A stretch of DNA of 64,000 bases from contig NC_042999.1 of assembly GCF_006345805.1 (NCBI RefSeq), positions 23,870,001 to 23,934,000 of the forward strand, in the 5' to 3' direction. Position 1 is the first letter of the stretch, and the number at the start of each line of letters is the position of its first letter. The notes beneath the pieces were generated by a model. That model did not search any database, had not been told where the DNA came from, and was given only the letters and a program-made list of their open reading frames with translations. Origin of the DNA: Octopus sinensis (lineage: Eukaryota). Shown here piece by piece: positions 13,227 to 27,356 of this stretch. The translations under genes were made by a program, and so were the position numbers.

Positions 13227-13728
13227 TGTCTTACTCTCTTTTTACTCTTTTACTTGTTTCAGTCATTTGACTGTGGCCATGCTGGAACACCGCCTTTAGT
13301 CAAGCAAATCGACCCCAGGACTTATTCTTTGTAAGCCTAGTACTTATTCTATCGGTCTCTTTTGCCGAATCGCTAAATTACGGGGACGTAAACACACTAG
13401 CATCGGTTGTCAAGCGATGTTGGGGGGGGGGGGGGGCAAACATAGACACACAATCATATACACACACACATACATATATATATATATACACATATATACG
13501 ACGGGCTTCTGTCAGATTCCGTATACCAATTCCACTCATAAGGCTCTGGTCGGCCCGCGGCTATAGTAGAAAACACTTTCCCAAGGTGCCACGCAATAGG
13601 ACTGAATCCGGAACCATGTGGTTGGTAAGCAAGCTACTTACCACACAGCCACACATATTAAACTATAAAAGATTATTGCATTACTGGTCTTTGTATCATA
13701 CAAGTATAAGTGTAGATTTTTATTTACT

Positions 13729-13757
13729 TCACCCTCCTACAGAATTTTTGGTCTTGG
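13729..13757 (-). CDS. Probable terminal coding exon of the VWD/PAN gene (AKTKNSVGG*)
   Basis: Acceptor gtttctacttttag|cc in phase 1, TGA at 13731-13729, AATAAA at 13724-13719; the paralog's candidate last exon also starts ag|cca. Short, so an alternative acceptor (e.g. near 13890) cannot be excluded. Confidence 0.5.
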
Positions 13758-15108
13758 CTAAAAGTAGAAACCATTTGTGGTTATAAGGGAATCAGATCGA
13801 TCAAGTGCTTGTAATATTGTGAATTCGAAAGTAATCGTTTGTGTTATAGCTTTACTGTATTTGTGAAGGAGGACACTTCATTAAATTCTTTTGATACAGA
13901 AGAACACCATATATATGAAGGGAAAAGACAAATAGTTGAATCAACCCGAAAATATCTGTAAGACGTCAGGTCTACCCGCCAGGGTTCTCTATGTATCTGT
14001 AACTGGAATGATCTTTTCTAAGGTACAAGACCGAGAAGATCGGGAAAGCTTTGTTTCTATGGAAGACAACCGATTGCATATCTTATAGGTCTTCCTTCTC
14101 TGCACCATGAACGTTTGTCCGAAAGTAAGACTAAGATTGATATATTTTGGTGCCAGCGTCATCGAGCATGAATTCAGAACGTAAAAAGATGGAAAAATTT
14201 CGCACGGTATTTTGACTAAAGATCTAATACGTGGTGAATATTCTTACGTGCTTTAGTCACGTTGCAGCCACACTGGTGTACAGCCTTCAAAGGTTTAATC
14301 GAACATAACGACCCTAATAGTTAATTGTTTTTTAAAGTCTTATACTTATAGGCACAGGAGTGGCTGTGTGCTAAGTGCCTTGTTTACCAACCACATGGTT
14401 CCGGGTTCAGTTCCACTGCGTGGCACCTTGGGCAAGTGTCTTCTACTATAGCCTCGGGCTGACCAAAGCCTTGTGAGTGGATTTGGTAGATGGAAACTGA
14501 AAGAAGCCCGTCGTATATATGTATATGTATATATGCATGTGTGTGTTTGTATGTCTGTGTTTGTCCCCTAGCATTGCTTGACGACCGATGCTGTTGTGTT
14601 TATTCCCCCGTAACTTAGCGGTTCGGCAAAAGAGACTGATGGAATAAGTACTGGGTTTACAAAGAATAAGTCCCGGGGTCGATTTGCTCGACTAAAGGCG
14701 GTGCTCCAGCATGGCTGCAGTCAAATGACTGAAACAAGTAAATGAGTAAAAGAGTAAAGAGTTATGCCATCAGTCTCTTATGCCGAATCGCTAAGTTACA
14801 AGGACGTAAACACAGCAACACCGATTGTCAAGCAGATTGGGGGACAAACACAGAATAAAGACATACCCGCACACACAACCACATCTCACAGACACACACA
14901 TACACACTCACGACGAACTGCCACACATTTTTCACACACCAAATTTACTCATGAAGCAATGATCAGTCTAGAGTGATTGTAGCAGACACACGGCCATGGT
15001 GCTGCGCAAAATCAAATGGTTACAAAGCAAGCTTCTTAACCTCACTGCCATTTATACGCATGCTCATTAACAAAATGTAAAGTTGTACAGGAAACACAAA
15101 ATACATAC

Positions 15109-15324
15109 CAGCAAAATAACTATCCTTGTTAGTAATGAACCGTAAGTATCTGTTGTAAGTCATCACCATTTTGCATACTTTCTTTGACTTAAGAAACGTT
15201 GCTCCGAAGCATCCTTTTTGCAAGCACATCTCTTGACAGTCTTCTTTATTCTTTACGTTAGTAATTGTCTGAAGATCATCGCAGTTTTCAATTGAAGCAC
15301 CATTTATTACGAAATTGCGTTTAC
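15109..15324 (-). CDS. VWD/PAN gene exon: PAN/apple domain 2 (SKRNFVINGASIENC...DCQEMCLQKGCFGATF...VCKMV...SYFA)
   Basis: Acceptor ttttcactgaaag|, donor |gtatgt; 216 bp, phase 1 to 1; same length as plus-strand exon 4178-4393, with shared INGASI and all five Cys aligned. Confidence 0.85.
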
Positions 15325-15783
15325 CTTTCAGTGAAAATCAAGAAATGTATAATGTTATGTGTATTCCTTTTAAATTCTTATCAACACATATAAGACATGT
15401 CAAGAAATACGTGTATACACACACACACACATACAAACACACACACACTCGCACACTCATACACATATACATACATATATATGCATATATATATTAATCT
15501 TTGTTTTTATGGTCAGTTATAAGCAATTTTACATTAATATGATCGGTTACTCTAAACGCTTGTAGAGTACGAATCTATTATTGTTATACAAGAATGTTGT
15601 TGATAGCGAATTCGAGTTTCGGACAGCTATATATATATAAATTTATGTAATAAACTGCTACTGTTATGGACATCACTATATAGGACAGACGAGTATGACA
15701 CTGGGACGGAGAACCACTCTATATAATGAGCAAATCCAATTCCCGCAATAAAAATAGATTCTTCTAAGTGAACACAGAGAGAG

Positions 15784-15835
<52 letters not shown>

Positions 15836-16689
15836 TGCCGGTAACATCAAACAAAATTTCACAGTTTTCCCCTTCTACCCGTGCAAAGACACAATTTCGT
15901 TACAAGAACTTTTAAATAAAGAAAATCTATTCATCGAAAAATACAGAACACGTCTAAATATGTATGCATAACCATCTCTATACATATTTTCATTCGTGAC
16001 TACATACCCATCGCTGTACATATTCTCCCCCCCCCCGCTTACCGAAAGATAAACAATTATCTCCCCCGTCCACAATAATAATGATAACCAATTACTTCTC
16101 CTTAGAGTTTTCTACTTGTTGAATCATTCATTCATAAATTCCACACACAAGGACAAAATTTTTTTCTTTAGAAAATACGTACTTAAATAAATTTTTCTCT
16201 CCACTCGGTCTAAAAAATGTTTGCTGTAACTTGGTTGATAGAAGTTATTAGTATTAGTATTGTTATTAATTATATCAGTATTATTATTCTTATGATTTAT
16301 TATATTGGGATTGCTAGGAGGTTGCTGTTGGTGTCTGGGTAAACTGGTTGGAAATACGTGGTTCGGGTTTCTTCGTTGGAATAAATTGTTTGGGTGCTTA
16401 ATTATGTTTGGGATGTTGAGGACTTGGTTGTGTTGTCTGAGTAAATAGGTTGAGAGTCCGTAGGTTGAATTTCTTCGTTGAGGGATAGAGGAAGTCTCTT
16501 GGACGTTTCTAGTTGCTGGGGAGAAAAAAATCACTCCTAACCCTAGGGTTTGACCCAGTATTTCTTATTAGTGAAAGGTGTATGAAGCCTTGTCCAGGAG
16601 GAACTGATGTCATCAAACGGTATCTAGCATTCATCGGGTGTTTCGACCCTGAACCGTAACACCCTCCCATTGGTGGGTCAGTAGAAGTG

Positions 16690-18235
16690 GCTAGGTCACT
16701 GTTCCTCATCTCCTCATGGTTTCCAGCTTAACTCTTCTCCCTTACTCCAAAGCCAACAAGAACCTCTTTCAGCTGCCTCTCCCTCCTGCACACTGCCACC
16801 CCTCGCTTCTTACCTCTGATTACAATTGTTGTAAGTATCCACCATGCCTACTAAGCTGGGAATCCCCTGCAGCCAGCTTCGTCTAGAAAAAGCCATACTT
16901 GCCGTCCCTTCTTCCTGCAATCCTGCAGAAGGCTCTCATATCTGGCACGCTTCCGTTCATGGGCCTTATCACAGCCCTCTCCCACGATAATTTTCTTGGC
17001 CTTTTCAGACCACAGGACCACATCTTGCCTCAGGGTTGTATGGACAACCTGGGGAAACTGCAATCTCTCCCCAAGTCCACTTTCATATCCTATAGTTGAG
17101 ATCCTTGCAGCAGGCTATGTATTGTTTTTGGTGACTCTACTAGTCTCTCTCCCTCTTTCACAAACTTAATTGCTGCTGTTACCTTCGCTTGGTGATGATG
17201 CTTCTTGCACTTTTCCTGCTCCAGGGTGTGAGCAATTGTTGCAAGAACCCTATCATGGCACCATTTAAATTTACCTTGAGAAATTGCTATTCTGCACCCT
17301 GCCAAGATGTGTGCCCGTTGCTCCACAAAGGGGTCCTTCCCCAAACCCCCATCTGTGCAGGTTTGCTGGCGTCGGGGGAGTGTCACACCGCCCGCAGCAG
17401 GAAGGCGATGCGTAAGAGTTTAGCTTTCACAGGTCAGTCTACGTGATCTCCTCTAAGGGAAATTTTATCTAGTCCATGCACCCTGAGATACCAACCCCAC
17501 ACCTCTTGGTTTTCTTCTTTCTTCCTCCTGGTACCGCACCGCTTCCTTGGTCATAGCCCGCCTCTCCCTGTTGTCTGCTTTCTTCCATTGTCGAAAATAG
17601 GAAGAACCAAGACCCTAGAAACCCATGTCTGTAACTCCAATGATGTCGCATAGCAGCAGCATCCCTTCAGCCTGAGCGACTGCGGCGCTAGCAGCCTACT
17701 TTCGCCAAGACCTTACCTGCTTGTCTTACAAACTCGTCCTTAGAATCTCTCTACATCATTACAACTTTACATTTTGTTACTTTAAATTCCTCCACTGCGG
17801 ATGACAGGGGAAGTTGTAGCTGTCTCTATCGTATGTACAGGTCTATTGAAGTGAAGCTTGGAGTTACACCTAGCCATCTTCGGAGGTATTTATTTATATT
17901 CCTCTCCACCCTTTCCACACTTGTTATCGGAACATTATACAGTATCAGCAACCATATGGGTCTTGGGAGCTGTCCATGTTGGTAGAGCCATGCCTTGAAC
18001 TTTCCTGGAAGCTCTGATCTATCAATCCTCATCAGCCACTCTTCTGCTTGCTTCACAATGTTGGTGACATTGCTTCTGTCTGACAGCGACTTGTCCAACA
18101 TCTTTCCAAGGCATTCAATAGGATTTTCCTCTATTGATGAAATGGCCTCTCCTTACACTTTCAGCCTGATTTTGTAGGTTAATTTCGCCCATCCCTGATC
18201 ACCACGCACCTCGATGTTTTTGGTTTAAACCTCAT
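16690..18235 (-). mobile_element. Degenerate restriction-like-endonuclease non-LTR retrotransposon (HERO/NeSL-like), 3' portion with frameshifts
   Basis: Fragments LPGKFKAWLYQHG..., LRRWLG, HILAGC.IA.SQGKFKWCHDRVL, and RQDVVLWS...CDKAHERKRARY...EAGCRGFP. Confidence 0.8.
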
Positions 18236-18327
18236 TCATGCCCATGTCGCCATGTGTTCTTTCTGCATCCACAATATATATATATATATATATGTATATA
18301 CAATATACATGTGTTCTTTCTGCATAT

Positions 18328-18379
<52 letters not shown>

Positions 18380-18934
18380 ATATATATGTATATATATATA
18401 TAACATATATATATACACTCTCAAAGGGACACACTGTCCCCTGTTATAAACCACATTAGGGGAGTTAAATAATATTGTAAGGCGGTAAAATTTTGGAAAT
18501 CGTATTTCTTTTGTACCTAGTAGTCATGTTTTATTTTCTTTGAAATCGGGAGTATTTGAAATTTCACAGGAGGTGAAATAAGACTTTCGTCTTATAGATG
18601 TGCAGATACACAGACTTTGAGCTTTATTATATAGAAGATATTTTTCATGCAATTTACGCATACTTGCACGCGTGGTGGACACAGTTCACGTCAAACAGCT
18701 GACTGAGTAAAGTTTACTATTCAATGCATGGGATAAGGCCTAAACAAACACATTATCGATTTTTGCACTTGCGAGATGAATTTCGGAACAGAAATAGCGC
18801 AGTTCAATTTTCATTCACCTAAACTTTAAGTGACCCATTTTTGGTGGTTCTACGATTTGTTGGCTAGGAGGAGATGTGGCGGGAAGTTAAATACACAGAC
18901 TCATACACAGACACACACACAGACACACAAGTTG

Positions 18935-18978
<44 letters not shown>

Positions 18979-19569
18979 TGTTCCTTCTCGAGCCACGCCT
19001 GGCACATAGGGCCGGTTTCTCGGTTTTATTGGCGTATAGATTCCTCACATGGACGGGACGCCGGTCCGTCGCAGGTGAGCTGCAAGACGCAGGAGGAAAG
19101 AGTGAGAGAAAGTTGTGGCGAAAGAGTCAGCAGAATTTCGCCATTACCTTCTACCGGAGCTTAGGTGTTTCGCTCATAAACACACACATCGCCCGGTCTG
19201 AGATTCGAACCCGCGATCCCTCGAACGCGAGTCCGCTGCTCTAACCACTAGGCCATGTGCCTCCACACACATACACACACACATGCATATATATGTATGT
19301 GTGTGTATATATTTGTGCGTCTGTGTTTGTCCCCCAGCATCGTCTGGCAACCGATGCTGGTGTGTTTACGAGCCCGTAACTCAGCGGTTCGGCAAAAGAC
19401 ACTGATACAATAAGTACTAGACTTACAAAGAATAAGTCCTGGGGTCGATTTGTTCGACTAAAGGCGGTGCTCCAGCATGGCCGCAATCAAATAAGTGAAA
19501 CAAGTAAAAATATATAAAATTTTAAAAAAATTTCTTTCAAATGTTTCAACTTCAAACGTGCGGTCATAC

Positions 19570-19792
19570 TGGGGCACCACCTTTGACTGTGCTACACCAT
19601 TATTTGAATCCTCCTCTGACATGTGGAATTTGGAAAATGATGGAGTTTGATGCCGCTACCCTCATCACTGTTTCCTGCTGTGAGTTAGGCTCGTCTGGAA
19701 CCTTTGACAGGAAGAGATCCAGTTTTGCTTTAAAGATACTTACATCTACACCATGCAGATCTCTCATTCATTTTTTGGAAGGATATTGAAGA
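19570..19792 (-). mobile_element. 3' fragment of a CR1/L2-like LINE
   Basis: LFNILPK / RDLHGVDVSIFKAKLDLFLSKVPDEP...SNS resembles the end of a CR1-group ORF2. Confidence 0.55.
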
Positions 19793-20487
19793 GTACGCAT
19801 ATACAAATATACCCATCTGTGTGTGTTCATGTGTGTATATATGTATATCAAAAATGACCAAAGGTCCCACCCAAGCCATCGGTTCATAAGTTCAGCTTCA
19901 GGAATCTGTAGTGTATGCATAATGCGGGTGTAGAATCCTAGAATAATGTTAAGTATTGTACATGGAAAAATACAGAACGAGCAGTAATTATGCTTGGAAA
20001 ATTACAGAACAAGAAGAAAAATTTTTTTCTAAATATTATTGTCCCCTGAATAGCTGTGAAACCAGCTTAGAATATTGGTTGAGCACCCTTAGAAAATGAA
20101 ACAGAAGTCGAAAAAAGCAAAAAAACAAATAAAAATGCGACTAGCACGTCGCTATAAAGGATCGAACAGCCTTCTGCAGTATTAAGTTAAATGATCCCTG
20201 AGATCAGATATCGTCTTTCATAAGGCTAAATATCTTAAAATTGGGTGTGTGTCGCTAGCCGGAAACTGGCAACTGTGTTATCTCTTTATCATACGGTTTC
20301 AGCATCGTGAGATGAGTCGGCACAGCTCGCCAGTTCTCGAACAACCACGCTACGAGCATATATGTTTGTTCCATAAAGATTTATGGATGATTTAGCGAAT
20401 CGCTAATGTGTATACCAATAATTAAATTAAGCAGTTAGTTAGCAGAGTTTCACCAAAAAGGAAAACAATAAATATATATATACTTAC

Positions 20488-20718
20488 TGATTTTCTGAGT
20501 ATAGAATTTTGACTGGCAGTCGGCAGAGGTCAAAGTAAAATTGCCACTCGCATCAACATTATATATGTCACATATTTTACGAGCATCATCGTAGTTATAT
20601 GCCTTGCAATATTTATTATTCCAAAAGATGTGAAAGCATTGGTTATGATCCACTGAATATGAAGCCCAAGCAATGGCGTTCAATTCTGCTTTATATACTC
20701 TAATATAATGCCATCGAC
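20488..20718 (-). CDS. VWD/PAN gene exon: PAN/apple domain 1 (GRWHYIRVYKAEL...QCFHIFWNNKYCKAYNY...ICDIY...DCQSKFYTQKI)
   Basis: Acceptor ttttcttcgcag|, donor |gtaag; 231 bp, phase 1 to 1; C..YNY......C PAN motif; aligns with plus-strand exon 3073-3306. Confidence 0.82.
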
Positions 20719-20922
20719 CTGCGAAGAAAATATATAAAATAGGAAAGAAAAATAGTAAAATGCCGTAGTTTATTAAAAAAATAATAAAAGAGAATATTCT
20801 TATAGTCTTACCACGGTTTAAAAATATGGTTTGAATTCTTTCAGTAAACATCCTACGTAACATAGTATACATGTCTTCAACGCGAATTCATAAGAAAATT
20901 TAAAGACTGATATTTCTTTCTA

Positions 20923-22209
20923 CTAGTTTGTTCCGAAAATAAAGGCCGCTCTAACTGTTGTGTTTTGAAAGGCACTTTTATCATAGTATTTTTATTATAT
21001 TTAGGTGAATTTCGACAAATTTAATAATTGATGTATGCTCTTTAATAATTCTTTACTTATTTCAGGCAAAAACATTTTTGAAGCATAGGCACCCTTAATT
21101 ATGAACATGACAAAATGGACCTTCGTTTACTTTTCTTGCAGGAGTTCAAGCTTGGGAAAAATGCCTCCCAAACTGCTGCCAATATCAACAGAACATGGGG
21201 AGAGGGGTTCACAAGTGATCGCATACTACGAAAGTGGTTTCAGAAATTACGTAGTGGTGATGATAACCTTGAAGATGAAGAAGGTAGATGACGGTCATGC
21301 AGTCTTAACAGCGAAAAATTGAAAGCAACTGTTGAACAAAACTCACGTCAAAGTGTTAGAGAAATGTCTCAAGCACTTGATATCGGTATTGTAACGCTCT
21401 CGCGCAATTTTCAAAAGATTGGTATGGTAAAAAAGCTCGATAAATGGGTACTGCATGAGCTCAATGAAAATCAGAAAGTTCGGCGTTTTGAAGTCTGCTC
21501 GATGCTCTTTCTACGAAACACCAATGATCCTTTTCTTGAGCGAATAGTCATTTGGGACGAAAAGTGGATCTTTTATAGATCCTTTATGATAACCGTAAAC
21601 GATCAGGTCAATGGCTTGATCGTGATGAGTCCCCCAAACATTTCCCAAAGACAAAGTTGCATCAGCAAAAGATTATGGTGACTGCCTGATGGTCTAGAAT
21701 CGGTATTTCCCATTACAGCTTTCTGGAAGCCAATCAGAGCATTACAGCAGAGGTCTACTGCAACCAACTCGCTGAAATGCATGCCCACTTGCAAAAATTT
21801 AGATCTGCATTGGTGAATCGGCGTGGCCCAATTCTGCTCCACGATACTGCAAAGTCCCATGTTGCAAGAATGGCACTGCAGAAGCTCACAGGCTTGGGAT
21901 ACGAGACTTTACCACATCCTCCATATTCTCCTGATCTTCCACTCACTGACTACCATTTTAAGAATTTAAACACGTTAAGTGATAAAAATTTTCAGGTCCA
22001 AACTTGAGGTAGAATCAGCTTTCAAAGATTTCTTAGCATCAAAGCCAATACGTTTTTATCAACGGGGCATAAATGTTCTCGTGGATCGATGGCAGAGATG
22101 CATAGATATTCACGGCTCATAATTTGGCTAATCAAAACATTACTATTGTTAATTTTTCCAGACTAAAATTATGTTTCTGAAATCGGTCATTATTTTCGGA
22201 ACAAACTAA
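20923..22209 (+). mobile_element. Full-length mariner (about 1.29 kb) with inactivated transposase
   Basis: TIRs tagtttgttccgaaaataa / ttattttcggaacaaacta with TA flanks; motifs WVLHEL, WDEKW, LHDTAKSH, HPPYSPDL; several frameshifts and stops. Confidence 0.9.
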
Positions 22210-23556
22210 TATATACAGTTAATAATTCTTCACTATCACAGATCACTCAACATCCTAGTTTTAAAAATTAGATAATAACAAAATTTGTAATTTCCTTGTG
22301 TTGCTAACGAAAATACCTAACTGTATCTTTTTACTTCTTCCGGCAATCTACAGTTAATTTGACAATATTCATATTTGACATGATTAATAAACAATATTCA
22401 TACTTTTCAAGTACATGGTTATTGGGTTTTGAATCCTAACTTCTTTTATTTAATAATTTCTTCTCCCACTTCTTTTTTGGTTAGGCTAACTCCTTAAAAG
22501 AAAGGCAACAAATTATAAACAAATTACACCATTGCTGTATTTTACTAGATATGTCAAAAATGAAGTAAACAAATGCGTTTCTACTCTAGGTACAAGGCCC
22601 GAAATTTTTGGGGAAGGGGCCAGTTGATTAGATCGACCCCAGTAACTGGTACTTTATTTATAGATCTCGAAAGAATGAAAGGTAAAGTCGTCCTCGGTGG
22701 AATTTGAACTCAGAACACAAAGACAGACAAAATATCTATTTATTACTACCCACAAAGTGCTCAACACAGAGAGGACAAACAAGGACAGACAAAGGGATTA
22801 AGTCGATTATATCGACCCTAGTGCGTAACTGGTTCTTAATTTATCGGCCCCGAAAGGATGGAATGCAAAGTCAACATCGGCGGAATTTGAACTCACAACG
22901 TAACGGTAGACGAAATACTTATTTCTTTATTACCCACAAGGGGCGAAATGCTTAGCGGTATTTCGTCTGCCGTTACGTTCTGAGTTTAAATTCCGACGAG
23001 GTCGACTTTGCCTTTCATCCTTTCGGGCTTGATAAATTAAGTACCAGTTACGCACTGGGGTCGATATAATCGACTTAATCAGTTTGTCTGTCCTTGTTTG
23101 TCCCCTCTATGTTTAGCCCCTTGTGGGTAGTAAAGAAATAGGTATTTCGTCTGCCGCTAGGTTCTGTGTTCAAATTCCGCCGAGGTCGACTTTGCCTTTC
23201 ATCCTTTCGGGGTCGATTAAATAAATACTAGTTACGCACTGGGGTCGATATAATCGACTTAATCCGTTTGTCTGTCCTCGTTTGTCCTCTCTGTCTTTAG
23301 CCCCTTGTGGGTAGTAAAGAAATTGGTATTTCGTCTGCCGTTACGTTCTGAGTTCAAATTCCGCCGAGGTCGACTTTGCCCTTCATCCTTTCGGGGTCGA
23401 TAAATTAAGTACCAGTTGAGTACTGGGGTCGATATAATCGACTATCCCCGTCTCCTAAAATTTCAGGTCTTGTGCCTATAGTAAACAGGATTATTTAATT
23501 GACAGTTAGTGATATGTCGAATGATGGTTGTGTAAACATGCAAAATTTATACCTAC

Positions 23557-23734
23557 CAAGGCGGTAGCGACAGTCTGATCCATAATATCCATTGTTACAG
23601 AAACATTGTCGTCTACCATTTTTAAGACTACATTTACCAGTCTCTGAACAAGAATATGAATTTTTCCTGTATTTGCCAGTTGCTGCACAATAGTATGTGT
23701 TATTACAAGTAGAATCAACGAGACTTGAATATTT
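23557..23734 (-). CDS. VWD/PAN gene exon: Cys-rich plus EGF-like segment (KYSSLVDSTCNNTYYC...CSETGKC...QCFCNNGYYGSDCRYRL)
   Basis: Hand-translated. Acceptor ttcattcatag|, donor |gtagg; 178 bp, phase 0 to 1; CxCxxGYYGxxC EGF end. Confidence 0.88.
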
Positions 23735-24637
23735 CTATGAATGAATCAAAAGTTGAACATCTCTTAAAATACTGAGGTCATTAGATTTGTTTTCATCCTT
23801 ATTACTGCAATAAAACATTCTCTTTATAATTAACAATTCTTTCACTAGTAACATATTGATTTCAAATTTTGGAACACGGTCAGAAAATTTGGAGGGGAGA
23901 AAAGTCGATTACATCGACCCCAGTGCTCAAATGGTACTTATTTTATCGACCCCGGTAGCATTTGAACTCAGAACGTAAGAAAAATATGCCACTAAGTATT
24001 TCAAACGGCGCGATAGCAATTCTGCCGCCTTATTTTACTACTTGTATACTAGAAATAATATACTAATATACTAGAAATAACTAATGCAATGGATTGTTAG
24101 GATCATTAGTACGCCGGGCAATATTTCTAGTGGCATTCCGTCCATCTTAACGTTCTGAATTCAGATGCCCCTTTCGGGATCGATAAATAAGTGCCAGTTG
24201 GGCACTGGGATAGATTTAAGCGACTTGGCCCTTCCTGAGAAATTGTTAGGCTTGTGCCAAAATTTAAACATCAGTCTATTAAAAACAACTTAGATATCCT
24301 TTCTAATAAAGGAACAAGACCTGAAAGTTTTAAGGGAGGGGACTAGTCGATCACATCAACCCCAGTGCATAACTGGTACTTAATTTATCGACATCGATAT
24401 GTGTAAGTGCAGCGTGCTGGCAGAATCGTCAGCACGCCGGGCGAAGTACTTTGCGGTATTTCGTTTGCCGTTACGTTTTAGGTTCAAAATCACCTGGGCC
24501 AACTTTACCTTTCATTCTTTCGGAGTCGATTAAACACGTACCAGTTACGCACTGGTGTCGATGTAATCGACTTAATCGCTTTCCCCAAATTTGAGGCCTT
24601 GTGCTTCCAGTAGAAAAGGTTAATTATTTGTATATAT

Positions 24638-25160
<523 letters not shown>

Positions 25161-25264
25161 AGAGATGCGTATATGCATATTAGTAAGGAAAAATTAAAAT
25201 GGGAAATTGAGGACCAATACAAGTCACATGATATAAGAATTGATATATTAAAAAAATTAATTAC

Positions 25265-25455
25265 CTTAATGTATACATCATTAATGGAACAACCACAGCC
25301 ATCGTTTTTACGAGCGCAAGTTTTTCCGCTGTAATAGAGATTCGGTCCGCAAGTACAGCCTTCAGAGAACGTTGAACATTCTGTGGTGTTCAAACAATCG
25401 TTTCGGCAGCTTGTGGCATAGTACTTGTAGCTTTCGTAATATGAACAGAGTTTTG
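25265..25455 (-). CDS. VWD/PAN gene exon: second TIL domain (PKLCSYYESY...SCRNDC...EGCTCGPNLYYSGKTC...GCGCSINDVYIK)
   Basis: Acceptor ctaatccttcag|, donor |gtaatt; 191 bp, phase 1 to 0, identical in length to the first TIL exon. Confidence 0.88.
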
Positions 25456-25753
25456 CTGAAGGATTAGATCGGTGGAAAACATAGAAACTTAATTCTCTGT
25501 TATATGAAGTATGGAGTATACGTACATGCACACACACACACAGACGTGCAAACACACACACACACACACACGCAGACACACACATTCACACACACGCACA
25601 AACACACACACAAACACACACAATAACGCACATACACACACGCACACACATATATATATACATGTATATTTTATGCATACACACATATATGCAAATGGTT
25701 ATGCATAAGCGTATATGTACACCGAAATATTTATATATTCATAGACACACACG

Positions 25754-25871
<118 letters not shown>

Positions 25872-25891
25872 CCTACATACATACATAATAC

Positions 25892-25942
<51 letters not shown>

Positions 25943-26918
25943 GTATTATATTAAATTAGAGATAAAACCACTATTAGGCAAATCATACAATGAAAAACTT
26001 AAGCCAATACATAAGATTAATTAATTTATATTATTTTAAATATATATCAAAATTATTAAAAAAGATAATGAGTTTTATCTCTAATTTAATATAATATAAT
26101 ATTTTACTATAAAATTGGATTCAATCCTAAATCTGATTTTTCCCTGTAAGTTTGGATTTATTCCCTAATATTTTATTATATACATATATATTTGAGGGAA
26201 TATTAATCCTAACTTACAGGGAAAAAATTCAATTTAGAAATGCTAAATCAAATTTCACACAACATAATATATATATATATATATATAAAATTAGAAAGAA
26301 CCACCTTTTATCAATTCAAAATGAACAATTAAATTACACCATCTAGAAAATTACATATAATAGAAATATTGAAATTAAAATTAAAATAACAATAAAATAC
26401 CAATGATTAAGTAAATTGCAAAAAAATGATAAAAACGTATATAATTGGTAGAATAACGACACGTGTTTCGTGGCTATATTTAAGAAATGATTATAGTAAA
26501 AAAATTAATAGTAGTAGTAAAATCACTTCGATATAAATATAGCTATTTATTTCAAACGGTATTCTACTGACCCTGTCGATCACTTCTTTTCAGCCAGAGC
26601 CATGTAGATACTTTACCAGAATCCTCTATGTTTTTCTTGATGGCTTTTCTTGTAATGCCCAGGATACCATTAGCTTTACTCGGTGTTCAATCAGCAAACC
26701 CTCGACTTATGACACTTCAGAACCAACTATAAATATTCTACTGCTTTACGGAGGCTTTGATTCATATATATTGACTATGATAGACTTCCCACTGATTTTT
26801 CTTTCACTCCTATCAATCATTTCGTTCTCAGCTGCTTTGTTCTCCACTGTTATGACCATTTCTCTCCCAGACTCTTTCAAAAATCACTAATAATAAGAAT
26901 AAGAAGCATTAAACTCAC

Positions 26919-27187
26919 GACATCTTGCAACTCCTCTCCAGTTTATTGGTACTCCAGCTCTTTCACACTCAGTAACAAAAGCTTCAATACTTTTACAAAA
27001 TAAAATCTCGGTATTCACACTGTCGGTGGATGAGCAGACATCTGATTGACAAGATTCAAAAAACCGATTGGCTAGTTCTTGGCCAAGCGTTTGTACACAC
27101 GATGTGAAAATACTACTGTGTATGATATTACATCGTTGCATTTCAGTACTGTTGCATTTTATGTTAACAACACTTGTTGCATTACAC
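26919..27187 (-). CDS. VWD/PAN gene exon: second C8 domain (...FFESCQSDVC...FCKSIEAFVTECERAGVPINWRGVARC)
   Basis: C8 pattern; acceptor ttgtatttctag|, donor |gtgag; 269 bp, phase 2 to 1. Confidence 0.9.
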
Positions 27188-27356
27188 CTAGAAATACAAA
27201 AAGAAAGAGCAAGACAAAATACAAAATTATTTATCAGAAGCATTTAGAATATAGAAATAAGTTTTTATCTTCTGTCAGCAGAGTCATATCTTATAAACCA
27301 TAGAAGTCACAGACAACGTTCGGAATTAGGCCATTATTAATTCAATTGTACCACGG

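Noticed and set aside
12776-13378. Duplicated SINE tail segment of about 155 bp on either side of a long (TA)n tract
   Set aside because: Most simply slippage or an assembly artefact around the TA array; no functional signal.
16124-16534. 136-aa Asn/Pro-rich ORF
   Set aside because: Low complexity, no splice or domain support, adjacent to a retroelement 3' region.
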